Counted from the stretch's first letter, positions 45,417-54,843 are shown. The stretch is DNA of 64,000 nt from an uncultured Gammaproteobacteria bacterium (GCA_964599625.1 CAZRGC010000004.1:139705-203704), one strand, 5' to 3'. Numbers and translations are program-made. The notes: generated from the sequence alone by a model not told the origin.

Positions 45417-47012
45417 CGCTGTTCTTGGGTCTCCTAGTTTTTGAATTTCCTTCCAGTCTTCAGAATGCAAATTTATATCTTTACCTTTTGAGAGAAAAAG
45501 CATCTGTGTATATGAATGGAAGAAATCAAGAGCGCGGGCCAATGCCTGTTCTTTTGTGGTAACCAAACCATCTAATTGGTCAAAATAAACCGATTGCAAA
45601 ACTACACCAACCCAAACCCCGCCTTGTTTTGTACCCAACCTATCCATCAAGGGCTGGCCCATTAAAATTTTTTCAGGAGATTTTTGATCAACTTTTAAAT
45701 GTTTAGATTTTTCTAAGAGCCAAGTCTGCCATGCGTTCAAGTCCTCAACGTCTTCCCTTTTGAAATGATAACCCGCAGGGTTCCTTCCTCGTTGGTCTGC
45801 TTCTGCCAATAACGAAATCATATAAATGTTGGTGTTTCCCCCGTCCGGATAACTCTTTTTGTCACCGTTTTGAAGCTTATTTGACAAATGAACTATTGCT
45901 CGGCGTTGATCGATGTTCCGCTTTATCTCGTTTTGCCAAAATTCTTTAGGTTTAAGATGCTCTGCAACAAGCGGTAGGATTTTCTTGGTTAAGTCACTTA
46001 TGCTTCTAGCTTTTTTATCAGAAAATACACGTTCGACAAATGTTCTCGAAGGCTCGACGCCCGCCTGTTCGTGTCCGCGTGACCTTATAGCACCTTCTAT
46101 GTACTCGGTAGTACCTGGTTTTCCGAAGTCGTGGCACAAGGCTGAAATAATTAATATCAGTTTATCTTCTTTGTTGAGATGTTCTCTTTCAGCAATCTCT
46201 GCAGCCGCATCCACCACCTGCATAGTATGAGTCCACACATCTCCTTCCGGATGCCAGTTTGGTTCTTGAGGGACACCAATCAAGGCATTAAGTTCTGGCC
46301 AGTATTTTTCTGTTAATCCGATTCTTCGGGCTAACTCAAATCCAACCGAAGGCCTTCTGGCTTTTAAAAGAAGTTTCTCAAATTCTTCTTGTACTCGCTC
46401 GCGCGACAAAAAATCCAGATCTCCGTTTGTGACCATCTCTGTGCATAGTTGTAAGGTTTCGTTGTCAACAGAGTATTCAAAGCGCGCCGCAAACTGTATT
46501 AGCCTGTAAACTCTGAGTGGGTCATCCTGAAAAAGTTTTTTGTCTGTTACTTGTATTGTTTTATTTTCTATATCAAATACACCAAGATAAGGGTCGTACA
46601 AAATATCTTCCAATGGATCAAAAGCCATGGAGTTAATTACAAAGTCTCTTCTTTTTGCAGCCTCCCGAACGTTCATTGAAGGGTCGCCGTGAACTTTGAT
46701 ACTGCTTCTTCTTGGGCCGTTGTCCACTTTGGAATCACGCCTGGGAATGCTTATATCAACTTCAATGTCGGTTCCAGGAAGTGTTATTTTTAAAACCTCA
46801 AAAGATTTGCCTTTGGTGTCTACGGACTCCATTCCCGTCATTTCTGCAACAAGTTTTTCAACCATTTCGGAGCCAAGTCCGTAAATTTCCAAATCAAAGT
46901 CTTTTGAATTGACTTTTTCACCTTTGTTATGACTTATAATAGCGTCTCTAACAGCACCTCCAACCAACAAAAGTCTTCCGCCGTATCCTTCAATAGTTTT
47001 TGCAAAATCCAA
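45405..47012 (-). CDS. cca: CCA-adding tRNA nucleotidyltransferase with HD domain
   Basis: Pol-beta-like head LLLVGGAVRD...DFDLEIYGL and HD motif ALCHDFGK; TTG start. Confidence 0.8.
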   Translation of the reverse strand: MDFAKTIEGYGGRLLLVGGAVRDAIISHNKGEKVNSKDFDLEIYGLGSEMVEKLVAEMTGMESVDTKGKSFEVLKITLPGTDIEVDISIPRRDSKVDNGPRRSSIKVHGDPSMNVREAAKRRDFVINSMAFDPLEDILYDPYLGVFDIENKTIQVTDKKLFQDDPLRVYRLIQFAARFEYSVDNETLQLCTEMVTNGDLDFLSRERVQEEFEKLLLKARRPSVGFELARRIGLTEKYWPELNALIGVPQEPNWHPEGDVWTHTMQVVDAAAEIAEREHLNKEDKLILIISALCHDFGKPGTTEYIEGAIRSRGHEQAGVEPSRTFVERVFSDKKARSISDLTKKILPLVAEHLKPKEFWQNEIKRNIDQRRAIVHLSNKLQNGDKKSYPDGGNTNIYMISLLAEADQRGRNPAGYHFKREDVEDLNAWQTWLLEKSKHLKVDQKSPEKILMGQPLMDRLGTKQGGVWVGVVLQSVYFDQLDGLVTTKEQALARALDFFHSYTQMLFLSKGKDINLHSEDWKEIQKLGDPRTALVN

Positions 47013-47165
47013 TATTCCCAGCGGTACTTCAAAGTCAAAAAATCGGTATTTTTGATTAGAGTCTGTTGCAAAATGAGGGCCAAGGAAAGATTCGGTAACA
47101 CCGAATTTATATGTGTAGACGAGAAGGTTGGGTTACGGAACCTTTAATTGTTCCATATATCTTAT

Positions 47166-47194
47166 AGTATATCATAGGATGATAATTCAATCAA
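47166..47194 (-). promoter_or_regulatory. sigma70-like promoter (TTGATT-N17-TATACT) for cca
   Basis: Near-consensus hexamers; they predict a ~150-nt 5'UTR containing the hairpin GGAACAAUUAAAGGUUCC. Confidence 0.4.
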
Positions 47195-47195
47195 G

Positions 47196-47699
47196 TTATA
47201 TACCCAAATGAGAAGGATTGAAGTTATATGGCAAAAGTGCTTTTAATGATGTGACTTTACGCACTTCTCCATTTGTGTCAGCAACCACAACAATACAATT
47301 GTCTGCGTGTTCAACCATCCTTTGCAAACACTCCCCGCAGGGTCCACTGTCACCATCGTGAACAACTGCCACAGCTTTTAAAAATTTGCGGTTCCTGTTG
47401 CCTTCACCTTCGTTGTTGGCCATGGAAATTGCCGTACCCTCTGCGTGATTAGTAGGTGAATAAGATACGAATTCGGAGTTTGAACCGCCATAAATGTCCC
47501 CACGGTCTGTCAAAATCGCAGCCCCTACTTTGTAATGTGAATATGGAGAATAGGAGTTCTCTCTATATGCTACGGCGGTGTTAACAAGTTCGGTCAATTT
47601 TTCTGTACCAATTTCCAAAACTTCACGTTTAATAAAATCCAGCTCTCTGATGGTGTCGTTAAATTCAGGTGCCCAAAACTTTTCTTTTATTCTTTCCAC
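47196..47699 (-). CDS. cdd: cytidine deaminase
   Basis: Zinc-binding motifs HAEGTAI and PCGECLQ of the cytidine/deoxycytidylate deaminase family. Confidence 0.75.
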   Translation of the reverse strand: MERIKEKFWAPEFNDTIRELDFIKREVLEIGTEKLTELVNTAVAYRENSYSPYSHYKVGAAILTDRGDIYGGSNSEFVSYSPTNHAEGTAISMANNEGEGNRNRKFLKAVAVVHDGDSGPCGECLQRMVEHADNCIVVVADTNGEVRKVTSLKALLPYNFNPSHLGI

Positions 47700-47769
47700 A
47701 TCTCCTTTATAACAAAAACTACTTGTAATACAAGTAGTTGTACTTCATATGATTTTTGAATATTAAAAA

Positions 47770-48054
47770 ATGATACAATTTAGACCAATGGAGAGAATAA
47801 GGCATGAAAACCTTGATGAGTTTTTCTTTGCCTCCCCAGTTTGGGATAACGACGGAAACATTGTTCCCGCTCCACCCGAAGCAATCGCAAAGTACACAGA
47901 CCTCAGGGATAATTGGATGGAAAATCATCCCAGACTGGAAAACGAAATTCCGACAGTTGCAATTTTCCCCGTATATTCATCGGAGCGCGAGGGGTACATT
48001 GTCTATACACAAATAATCTATAAGCCAATTAATATTCCAGAAGAAAACCAGTAA
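47770..48054 (+). CDS. hypothetical protein
   Basis: 94-aa ORF in an otherwise empty interval; no motif. Confidence 0.25.
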   Translation: MIQFRPMERIRHENLDEFFFASPVWDNDGNIVPAPPEAIAKYTDLRDNWMENHPRLENEIPTVAIFPVYSSEREGYIVYTQIIYKPINIPEENQ

Positions 48055-48057
48055 TTT

Positions 48058-48678
48058 TCAAACATTAACACCTTTTGATTTTAGTGTAGTAAGGAAGTTC
48101 TCAAACCCTGCAAACAGAAAAGTTTCGATTCCTAAACTCTTGGCACCTGTGATATTTTCAACATTATCATCTGAAAAGATAATTTCTGATGCTTCCACCC
48201 CTGAAACATTGATTAGCTCCTGGAAAATTTTGGTGTCTGGTTTAGCAAACCCAACTTCATAAGAAAGTGCTTTGCCGTCAAAGTCACTCAAAAAACCAAA
48301 CCTTTTATCCAACCCCTCAATCCTTGCGGGGAAATTGTTGGAACAAATTAAAGTCTTGTAACCATTTGCTCTAACCTTCTTTACAATATCACGAACATTG
48401 GAGTCAACCTCGTAACCAGAAATAAGAAGGTCAATTAATTCCTGCCAACTTCTGCCAATGTTCCACTCAGAGGATGCCCAAGTCCAAAATTCCTCATCTT
48501 CCAGCTGTCCGGTTTTGTAGAGTTTGTTCATTTGGTCGCTCTGAAGAAAAACCCTTTTGGCTTCCGATTCATCCACACCAAGGTTCACTAAGTTGGCAAT
48601 AAAATTAGCCTTCCCGTTTATGAAGTAAACTCCGTCCAAATCAAAGGTAATCGCTTTAATCATTATATTCACAACCAA
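48058..48678 (-). CDS. HAD-superfamily hydrolase
   Basis: Motif I ITFDLDGV and C-terminal motif IV SDD. Confidence 0.75.
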   Translation of the reverse strand: MVVNIMIKAITFDLDGVYFINGKANFIANLVNLGVDESEAKRVFLQSDQMNKLYKTGQLEDEEFWTWASSEWNIGRSWQELIDLLISGYEVDSNVRDIVKKVRANGYKTLICSNNFPARIEGLDKRFGFLSDFDGKALSYEVGFAKPDTKIFQELINVSGVEASEIIFSDDNVENITGAKSLGIETFLFAGFENFLTTLKSKGVNV

Positions 48679-49613
48679 TCTGCTATAACTTTTGCCAAGT
48701 CGTTTCTTTTTCCGCTAAACCTATGGTCAGCACCCTGTACGGTTTTATAATCAAGATCAGGGTTATATTTTTTTAGAATTTCTATAGCCTTTTCTCCGGA
48801 ACCAAGTGCAAACTCGTCCAATTCTCCATAAATAATCAAAGAATCTTTTTTAATTTCGGAAAAATATCCAAACAATGGCTTAGTGGAAAGTTTAACTCCT
48901 TCTGATTCTTCCAAAAATGGAAAGCAGTTGTAATCTCCATCGGGGTTTGCAATGTCCCAAAAACCTTTGTAGGCAAAAATCTCGTCAGGCAATAATTCTT
49001 TTACCAAATCGTCGCCGTGCCCGCGTATAACAAGTCCTTCCGACTCTTTAAGAAGCTTGTGGAACTTTTCCGAGCCCAAAATTTGATAATAAATTCCCGT
49101 GTCGTCTCCGCCGGAAACCAAAATATATTTGGATATTTCGTTTTTTGGTTTGTAATGATTATATACACAGATCTTATTGGCGCCTGTTGAGTTGCCTTGA
49201 AGATAGAATTCTTTGTAGCCTTCTTTTTTCAGAAACTCTATAGCTCCTTCGATATCTTCTACACATTCTTTGATCACCTCATATGCACAACCGAAACGCA
49301 AACGTTCAGTTGCGTTATCTTTTTTGACATCTAACTTTTTGATGATGTGAGCGCCACGGTTATTGAACTTGAGAAGAGAGATTCCTTTTTCCGCAAGTGC
49401 ATTTGGCAAGTCCATTCCTTCGGCAACATCGTAAAAAACAGACGAAGACCCGTTACCATGCAAATAGATTACGACTTTATCTTTTTTTCCTGCTTCAAAC
49501 AAAAGTCCCGGAAGTGTTAGTCCGTCAGATGTTGGAAATTCTACAAATTTCATCATTTGTTTAAATATACTACAAAGACCTACAAAATCTAGAATTCGAA
49601 GAATCAAAAACAA
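48669..49613 (-). CDS. alpha/beta hydrolase-fold protein
   Basis: YLHGNGSS and nucleophile elbow GNSTG. Confidence 0.5.
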   Translation of the reverse strand: MFLILRILDFVGLCSIFKQMMKFVEFPTSDGLTLPGLLFEAGKKDKVVIYLHGNGSSSVFYDVAEGMDLPNALAEKGISLLKFNNRGAHIIKKLDVKKDNATERLRFGCAYEVIKECVEDIEGAIEFLKKEGYKEFYLQGNSTGANKICVYNHYKPKNEISKYILVSGGDDTGIYYQILGSEKFHKLLKESEGLVIRGHGDDLVKELLPDEIFAYKGFWDIANPDGDYNCFPFLEESEGVKLSTKPLFGYFSEIKKDSLIIYGELDEFALGSGEKAIEILKKYNPDLDYKTVQGADHRFSGKRNDLAKVIADWL

Positions 49614-49621
49614 AATCGCAG

Positions 49622-49843
49622 GTGCTGTATAATCAATTTGTGCCAGAAGATTTCTTTGATTTGGGGATTATCAGCGTAATCGGGCTACTAACAGCACTAC
49701 CACTAATCATTCTGCTTATATTTTCTATAAAGAAGATGTTGCAACCCCTAGATGACTTAGACAAAGCCGAAATTGCATTCAGATGCCTTTACATTGGTTT
49801 TGCTGCAGGATTTGTTGCGGCAGGACTTATGTTAAGACAATAG
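49622..49843 (+). CDS. small membrane protein
   Basis: 73 aa with two hydrophobic segments. Confidence 0.3.
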   Translation: MLYNQFVPEDFFDLGIISVIGLLTALPLIILLIFSIKKMLQPLDDLDKAEIAFRCLYIGFAAGFVAAGLMLRQ

Positions 49844-49859
49844 GCACTGGTAACTCTTG

Positions 49860-49933
49860 TGGACGCTAAGGGACTCGAACCCCTGACCTCTTTCACGTCA
49901 AGAAAGCGCTCTAGCCAACTGAGCTAAGCGTCC
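49860..49933 (-). tRNA. tRNA-Val (anticodon GAC)
   Basis: Hand-folded: acceptor GGACGCU/AGCGUCC, D arm GCUC-AGUUGGCUA-GAGC, anticodon stem CUUUC/GAAAG with loop UU-GAC-GU, T arm AGGGG-UUCGAGU-CCCUU, discriminator A. CCA is not encoded. Confidence 0.85.
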
Positions 49934-50149
49934 GCTTCGCGGACTTTGCGACTCGCCCACATGGGCTCGTCGTACTTGTGCCTTTCGGCAAAAGCGTCCA
50001 TTCGTCCAAACGGATTTCGCTTTTGAGTTTACCGCTTACGCTTAAACCCATTCGCTCCATCGTTTCTCCTCTCAAAACTTTTTTAAAGTTTTGGTTGGGA
50101 ACAGGACATGCAATTATAGCAATTGTGGTCACCAAAGGGAATCGGAAGG

Positions 50150-50959
50150 CTAGTCGGGTGGGTGGAAGGCAAATCTGGAAAAAGATTCTTCTGCATTCAA
50201 AACTTCGTAACCCAAGCTTAGAGCAACAACTTTTCGGGCTAGGGCTTTGAGCGGATCTACCATCAAAAAGTCTTTGTTTCCGTCAAGAGCCAAAGAAATC
50301 TCAGTACACCCTGCGATAATTAACTCTGATCCTCTTTTTGTCAATTTATCGGCACTTTCCAATAGTATTTTGCGGGCCACGGGACTGACATTTTCTCCCG
50401 TTTCTTTTACTCCAAACCTTTTTGAGTAAATTGCTTCCATTACCTTTTTTTGGTCTTTTGAATCGTTTTGGAAACAGATGACCTCAATACCAAATTTCGT
50501 TAAGGCTTTCTGATACAACTTTGTTTTCAATGTTCCTGTGGTCGCTAGAATTCCCACTTTTTTGACGCCGTGATACTTAAGGGCAACCTCTCTAACTGTT
50601 TGGTCGATAATTGAAACAAACGGCACAGACAGTTTCCGTGCAACATGAGGCATATAGTAGTGAGCCGTGTTGCAAGTTGCTACTACAAAGTCGGCACCCA
50701 TAGACTCAAGAACCTTAGAAAAATAAATCATATGGCGCAAGGGATTTTTCCCATCGCCTGTGATACTTTTTGTCCGGTCAGGAGTTGAGGATCCACTGAC
50801 AGTGAACCATATAGGGGTGTTTTGATCGCCGGTGACCCCCAACTCCTTGCAAATAGAAATAAGGTGATTTTCGAATTGAATATGACTTAGCGGTCCCATT
50901 CCTCCGTAAATTCCCGGTATTAGCCTTTGCCCATTTGATAAAAAGTTAGTTTTTAACAT
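50150..50959 (-). CDS. Asp/Glu racemase family protein (aspartate-racemase-like)
   Basis: Catalytic cysteine motifs VATCNTAHYY and AGCTEISL. Confidence 0.7.
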   Translation of the reverse strand: MLKTNFLSNGQRLIPGIYGGMGPLSHIQFENHLISICKELGVTGDQNTPIWFTVSGSSTPDRTKSITGDGKNPLRHMIYFSKVLESMGADFVVATCNTAHYYMPHVARKLSVPFVSIIDQTVREVALKYHGVKKVGILATTGTLKTKLYQKALTKFGIEVICFQNDSKDQKKVMEAIYSKRFGVKETGENVSPVARKILLESADKLTKRGSELIIAGCTEISLALDGNKDFLMVDPLKALARKVVALSLGYEVLNAEESFSRFAFHPPD

Positions 50960-51824
50960 TTAAGTATTGTGATAAAACCCTTTCGGCGTTTTTGTATGCA
51001 ATTTTCTCCAGGTCGGCGTTTTTGTAACCCCTGTTTATTAAAATATTCAATAAATCTTCCAGTTTTGTTACATTCTCCAAGCCTTTTGGGGTTCCTGTTG
51101 TAATTCCTCCAAAGTCGCTTCCGATTGCGGCAACTTCAATGCCGCCAGTTTGGACCAGGTGGTCCATGTGGTTGGCAACATCTTGGATGGTGGGTGGAGA
51201 TTTGGAATTTATATATTTTCCTGAGAAAAATATTCCAATAACACCGCCCAGTTTGGAAATGGTTCTTATCTGCTCATCAGTTGTATTTCTGGGATTACCT
51301 TCAACAGAAAAGCTTGCAGTATGAGAAACAACAGGGGGTTTATCTAAAATTTTCAATGTATCCATAACAGACTTTTTACTCATGTGTGCCATGTCAACCA
51401 AAAGTCCCCTTCGAAGAGATTTTTTAACAAGATTTTTTCCTTTTGTGGATAGACCTTCCTGCGAAATGCCGGAAGAACTTCCACACAGTCCGTTATCGTG
51501 GGTATGTGCAAGGCCAATTGATTTAAGTCCACGCTCAACATATTTTTCAAAAAGTGAAGGGTCATTGGCCAAAATTTGTGCACCCTCAAGGTGAGGAAAA
51601 ACCTTAAAAACACTTTTTGAGCTCCTTATGAACTTTTCTGTTTCCAGAAACATGAGTTCGGTTTTTCCCAATTCGTCATCGTAAGAAAACCCTGCCAAAA
51701 TTGTAGAGACTTCTGTCTTTTCCAAAAGAGACGCATTTATTTGCGAAGAAGTGTTTACACCAAATAGCGTGTCAAGTTTTGCCTCCCCTAAAATAAAATC
51801 TGTGTGCAAATCGACTATTTTCAT
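50946..51824 (-). CDS. membrane dipeptidase (peptidase family M19)
   Basis: DLHTDF, HLEG, GLAHTHDN, LVDMAH, VSHTAS and GSDFGG blocks matching renal-dipeptidase-family motifs. Confidence 0.75.
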   Translation of the reverse strand: MKIVDLHTDFILGEAKLDTLFGVNTSSQINASLLEKTEVSTILAGFSYDDELGKTELMFLETEKFIRSSKSVFKVFPHLEGAQILANDPSLFEKYVERGLKSIGLAHTHDNGLCGSSSGISQEGLSTKGKNLVKKSLRRGLLVDMAHMSKKSVMDTLKILDKPPVVSHTASFSVEGNPRNTTDEQIRTISKLGGVIGIFFSGKYINSKSPPTIQDVANHMDHLVQTGGIEVAAIGSDFGGITTGTPKGLENVTKLEDLLNILINRGYKNADLEKIAYKNAERVLSQYLNVKN

Positions 51825-53272
51825 AATATTTCGGATATTTTTGACTTGAATACACCCGTGGCTATTGAAAGCTGGGAAAGATTCAATTTGTAAAATGTTT
51901 CGGGTAACACAAGAGCTGGATCATCCGGAATGTTTTCCATGGGATGCGAGTTTTGTGTAAACCGTGACAAAAATGCAGCTGACAAATCCTTGTGTAAACC
52001 ACGCGACACAAAGTCTTCAGCAACACGACCTACATAATCCAAACTTTTATTTTTAGAGGGTTTATCCTGCGGCTCCTTAGATATTTGTTCCAAAAAACTA
52101 TTAACCGCAGATACTTCGGCTTTTTGGTTTTTGTGAGGAAGAAGCTGAAAAATACCAGCAGGCATCAGAGTATAGGCTATAGGTAATACAGCTTCTTTGC
52201 TTCCTTTGGTGATAAGTGCCATCAAAAGTTTAAGGTCTGACACGGCGCTTTGAAAATAGCCCCGGTCGCGCCCAACTCCAGCCATCTGAAGACCTCCCCA
52301 GTGAAAATGAGGATTTATTTTACCCTGCGATTTTACTCCTTGAGTAAAATCCGTATCCAATAATGCAAAGGTGAGCATCAAAAATTCTTTACCCATTAAC
52401 GGCATCTTTTCCGGTAAACTCCGTGCTATTTCCACAAATTTTTCCGGATGTGAAGCAATATATAAATTAATTTTCAACCTTGCCAATAAGTCGTCCCATG
52501 AATAATACTTCCCATTTTCTGTCACTCCATTGTCACCAACAGAAAAGTTACTTTTGCTCACAACTCCATCAATATTTACCCAGCGGTCAAATACTTTGGA
52601 CAAAGTTTTTTTTCTTTGAAACGGGTCGCTATCCAATAAAACTCTTTGGATCACGTTTCTGATATTCGATTCAAGATGATCCCAGTTTTCATACAAAACA
52701 TCTGAGGAATAAACTGCGTTTTGCAAATTCCGCAAACGGAGCCTGTGTATGTGGTTGATTGCCATTAATCCGTCTTTTGTATTTGCAACAACAAAGGGTG
52801 AATACAATGCCTCGCCCTGCACCGCGTGGAATCTGCCGTGTCTAAGAACATACTTGGGTAAATCCACAACTTGCCCTTTTTCCAAAATGGTTCCTGGGTA
52901 ATACAAATTATCACCCAATCCTCCACCAGGGGTCATGTTTGTGTCAAACAACAGTGGGTATCCAAGCCCCAACTCCGTTACACCTCTATTGAAAGCTACA
53001 CTCCCGCCGCCACCTTGAGCAATTGCTTCCCAACTTCCACCAATATGCCCGGTTCGAGGCGCGAACACATAGTCACGGTGGTTTGTTATCCAGCTATAGA
53101 AATGTTCAAAAGGTATTTTACTTTCACCAACATCTTTCCAGGAAAAAACATTGGTAGCTTCCAAAACTTCTTTTTCTGATTTAGCCAACCCTAACTCCAC
53201 GTAAACCTCTGCCGCGTCCAATCTGCGGTTAACTTTTAGTTCCAGTTCTTGGTTTTTGTTTTCGATTGTCAT
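51821..53272 (-). CDS. hypothetical protein (483 aa), Gly-rich GHIGGSWEAIAQGGGGSVAF region
   Basis: Long ORF translationally coupled to the M19 dipeptidase; no confident family assignment. Confidence 0.5.
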   Translation of the reverse strand: MTIENKNQELELKVNRRLDAAEVYVELGLAKSEKEVLEATNVFSWKDVGESKIPFEHFYSWITNHRDYVFAPRTGHIGGSWEAIAQGGGGSVAFNRGVTELGLGYPLLFDTNMTPGGGLGDNLYYPGTILEKGQVVDLPKYVLRHGRFHAVQGEALYSPFVVANTKDGLMAINHIHRLRLRNLQNAVYSSDVLYENWDHLESNIRNVIQRVLLDSDPFQRKKTLSKVFDRWVNIDGVVSKSNFSVGDNGVTENGKYYSWDDLLARLKINLYIASHPEKFVEIARSLPEKMPLMGKEFLMLTFALLDTDFTQGVKSQGKINPHFHWGGLQMAGVGRDRGYFQSAVSDLKLLMALITKGSKEAVLPIAYTLMPAGIFQLLPHKNQKAEVSAVNSFLEQISKEPQDKPSKNKSLDYVGRVAEDFVSRGLHKDLSAAFLSRFTQNSHPMENIPDDPALVLPETFYKLNLSQLSIATGVFKSKISEIL

Positions 53273-53327
53273 AGGTTAAACAGAATCTACCTCGACATAA
53301 ATCTTCGGTAGTTTCCGCCTTCGGCAT

Positions 53328-53350
53328 AAAAAAACCTCTCTTGCGAGAGG
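53328..53350 (-). terminator. intrinsic terminator (GCAA tetraloop hairpin + U7)
   Basis: Minus strand CCUCUC-GCAA-GAGAGG followed by UUUUUUU; A-tract on the other side, so possibly bidirectional. Confidence 0.6.
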
Positions 53351-53378
53351 TTGTCTTTTTCTATTTTTTTTGTTTTTA

Positions 53379-53459
53379 CTAGCTTTGAACTTCTCTCGCC
53401 ACGTTATATAAGCCCTTAATAAGGGTAAAACAGACGAGCATGTACCAAGCCGTATTCAT
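53379..53459 (-). CDS. candidate leader peptide (26 aa, MNTAWYMLVCFTLIKGLYNVAREVQS)
   Basis: ATG lies 11 nt downstream of a TTGACA-N18-TAGAAT promoter and the ORF ends about 28 nt before the terminator. Same geometry as cassette 30003-30098. Confidence 0.3.
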   Translation of the reverse strand: MNTAWYMLVCFTLIKGLYNVAREVQS

Positions 53460-53470
53460 TTCAAGTCTAA

Positions 53471-53500
53471 ATTCTAAAAAACACACCAGCTATCTGTCAA
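53471..53500 (-). promoter_or_regulatory. sigma70-like promoter (TTGACA-N18-TAGAAT)
   Basis: Consensus -35 on the minus strand immediately after the M20 gene stop. Confidence 0.45.
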
Positions 53501-53510
53501 CAGGTAAAAA

Positions 53511-54830
53511 TTACTCAGTTAACATTTCGCGGCTAAACTCCAATCCTTTGTGTATCAATTCAATGTCAAAATTTTCGTCAATTCCGTGCATATTGCAGTC
53601 TTCGTTGCAAAGAGGAATCAAAAGCGTATCGATATTAAAGGCGTTTTTAAAATCTGCAACCACAGGTATGGCTCCTCCGACAAATTTTTTGTTTATTTTT
53701 TGTCCGTAAACCTTTTCCAATACAATTTTGGCTTCTTCATAAAATTTATTATTAGAATCAACTTTTATTGGTTCGTGAAATCCTCCAGCAGATAACGAAT
53801 ATTCAACATAATCTGGGGTATTTTCTTTTACATATTTTTTGAAACCTTCATAAACATCCTCCGGCTTTTGCGAGGTGACAATTCTAAAGTTAAGTCTGGT
53901 TTCGGCTTCTGCGGGAACAATGTTGGCATAACCCTGGCCAATATAGCCCGTATTAATGCCTGTTATCTGAATTGTAGGTTTGTTGCCGGTGAGCGTAAAG
54001 AAATCTACATTTTTTTCTCCCAGCAAACGTTTAACGCCGGCAAGTGCGGCAATATTTTCTGATTCTTTTTCCAAACATATGTTATTTTCCAAATCCTCGG
54101 GCAATATCGAATCCACGTCATTATAAAAGTCCGGATAAGAAATTGAGTTGTCGTCATTGAAAAGCTTGGAAAGAAATTTAGACATCTCGGTGCCGGCATT
54201 TGGAATTGCTCCTCCAAAAATTCCCGAATGCAAATTTGTTTTGCCGGTTTTGTATTTGAGTGTTACGTTAAAACCACCACGCAGAGAAACCTCTATTGTT
54301 GGTTTGCCGTTGGTAAGCTCGCCATCTGATATCAAAACAATGTCGCATTCCATTTCTTTCTGTTTATTTTTTATTATTCCGTAAAGTTCGCCGCTGCCTG
54401 ATTCCTCGTTGCCTTCCACCAAGAACTTAACATTGTATTTAAGTTTTCCGGCTTTAACTGCTTCTACCGCCGTCAATATGTGCATTAGTATTTGTCCTTT
54501 ATTGTCAACCACTCCTCTGCCGTAAAGCTTCTTTTCTCCAATGCGCAAGGCAAATGGTTCGGACTCCCAACCATCTTTGACAGAAGCCGGTTGAACATCG
54601 TAATGCCCGTAAATAAGCATTGTGGGAAGATTTACGTCTTTTACGTAAGATGCAAAAACAACCGGATTGGCATCCTCCGCTGTCCATATTTGAGCATCAA
54701 ATCCACCATCGGAAAGTATATTTTTAATCCATTCAACAGTTTTTTCCATCTCCCCGTAATACTTGGGGTTAGTGGAAATACTTTTGAAACTTATAAATTC
54801 AGCCAGTTTGTTTAAATAATCTTGATACAT
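53511..54830 (-). CDS. M20-family dipeptidase (PepV/DapE-like)
   Basis: MLIYGHYDVQPA, GVVDNKG and EGNEESG metal-site motifs; 439 aa. Confidence 0.8.
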   Translation of the reverse strand: MYQDYLNKLAEFISFKSISTNPKYYGEMEKTVEWIKNILSDGGFDAQIWTAEDANPVVFASYVKDVNLPTMLIYGHYDVQPASVKDGWESEPFALRIGEKKLYGRGVVDNKGQILMHILTAVEAVKAGKLKYNVKFLVEGNEESGSGELYGIIKNKQKEMECDIVLISDGELTNGKPTIEVSLRGGFNVTLKYKTGKTNLHSGIFGGAIPNAGTEMSKFLSKLFNDDNSISYPDFYNDVDSILPEDLENNICLEKESENIAALAGVKRLLGEKNVDFFTLTGNKPTIQITGINTGYIGQGYANIVPAEAETRLNFRIVTSQKPEDVYEGFKKYVKENTPDYVEYSLSAGGFHEPIKVDSNNKFYEEAKIVLEKVYGQKINKKFVGGAIPVVADFKNAFNIDTLLIPLCNEDCNMHGIDENFDIELIHKGLEFSREMLTE

Positions 54831-54843
54831 TTTCTATAAAAAC

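Noticed and set aside
49911-50135. 74-aa minus-strand ORF with SD-ATG (MERMGLSV...) between murI-like gene and tRNA-Val
   Set aside because: It reads through the tRNA-Val gene and the conserved tRNA leader element. The SD-like GAGAGGAG is part of that RNA motif, and the tRNA-Ala copy has no corresponding ORF.
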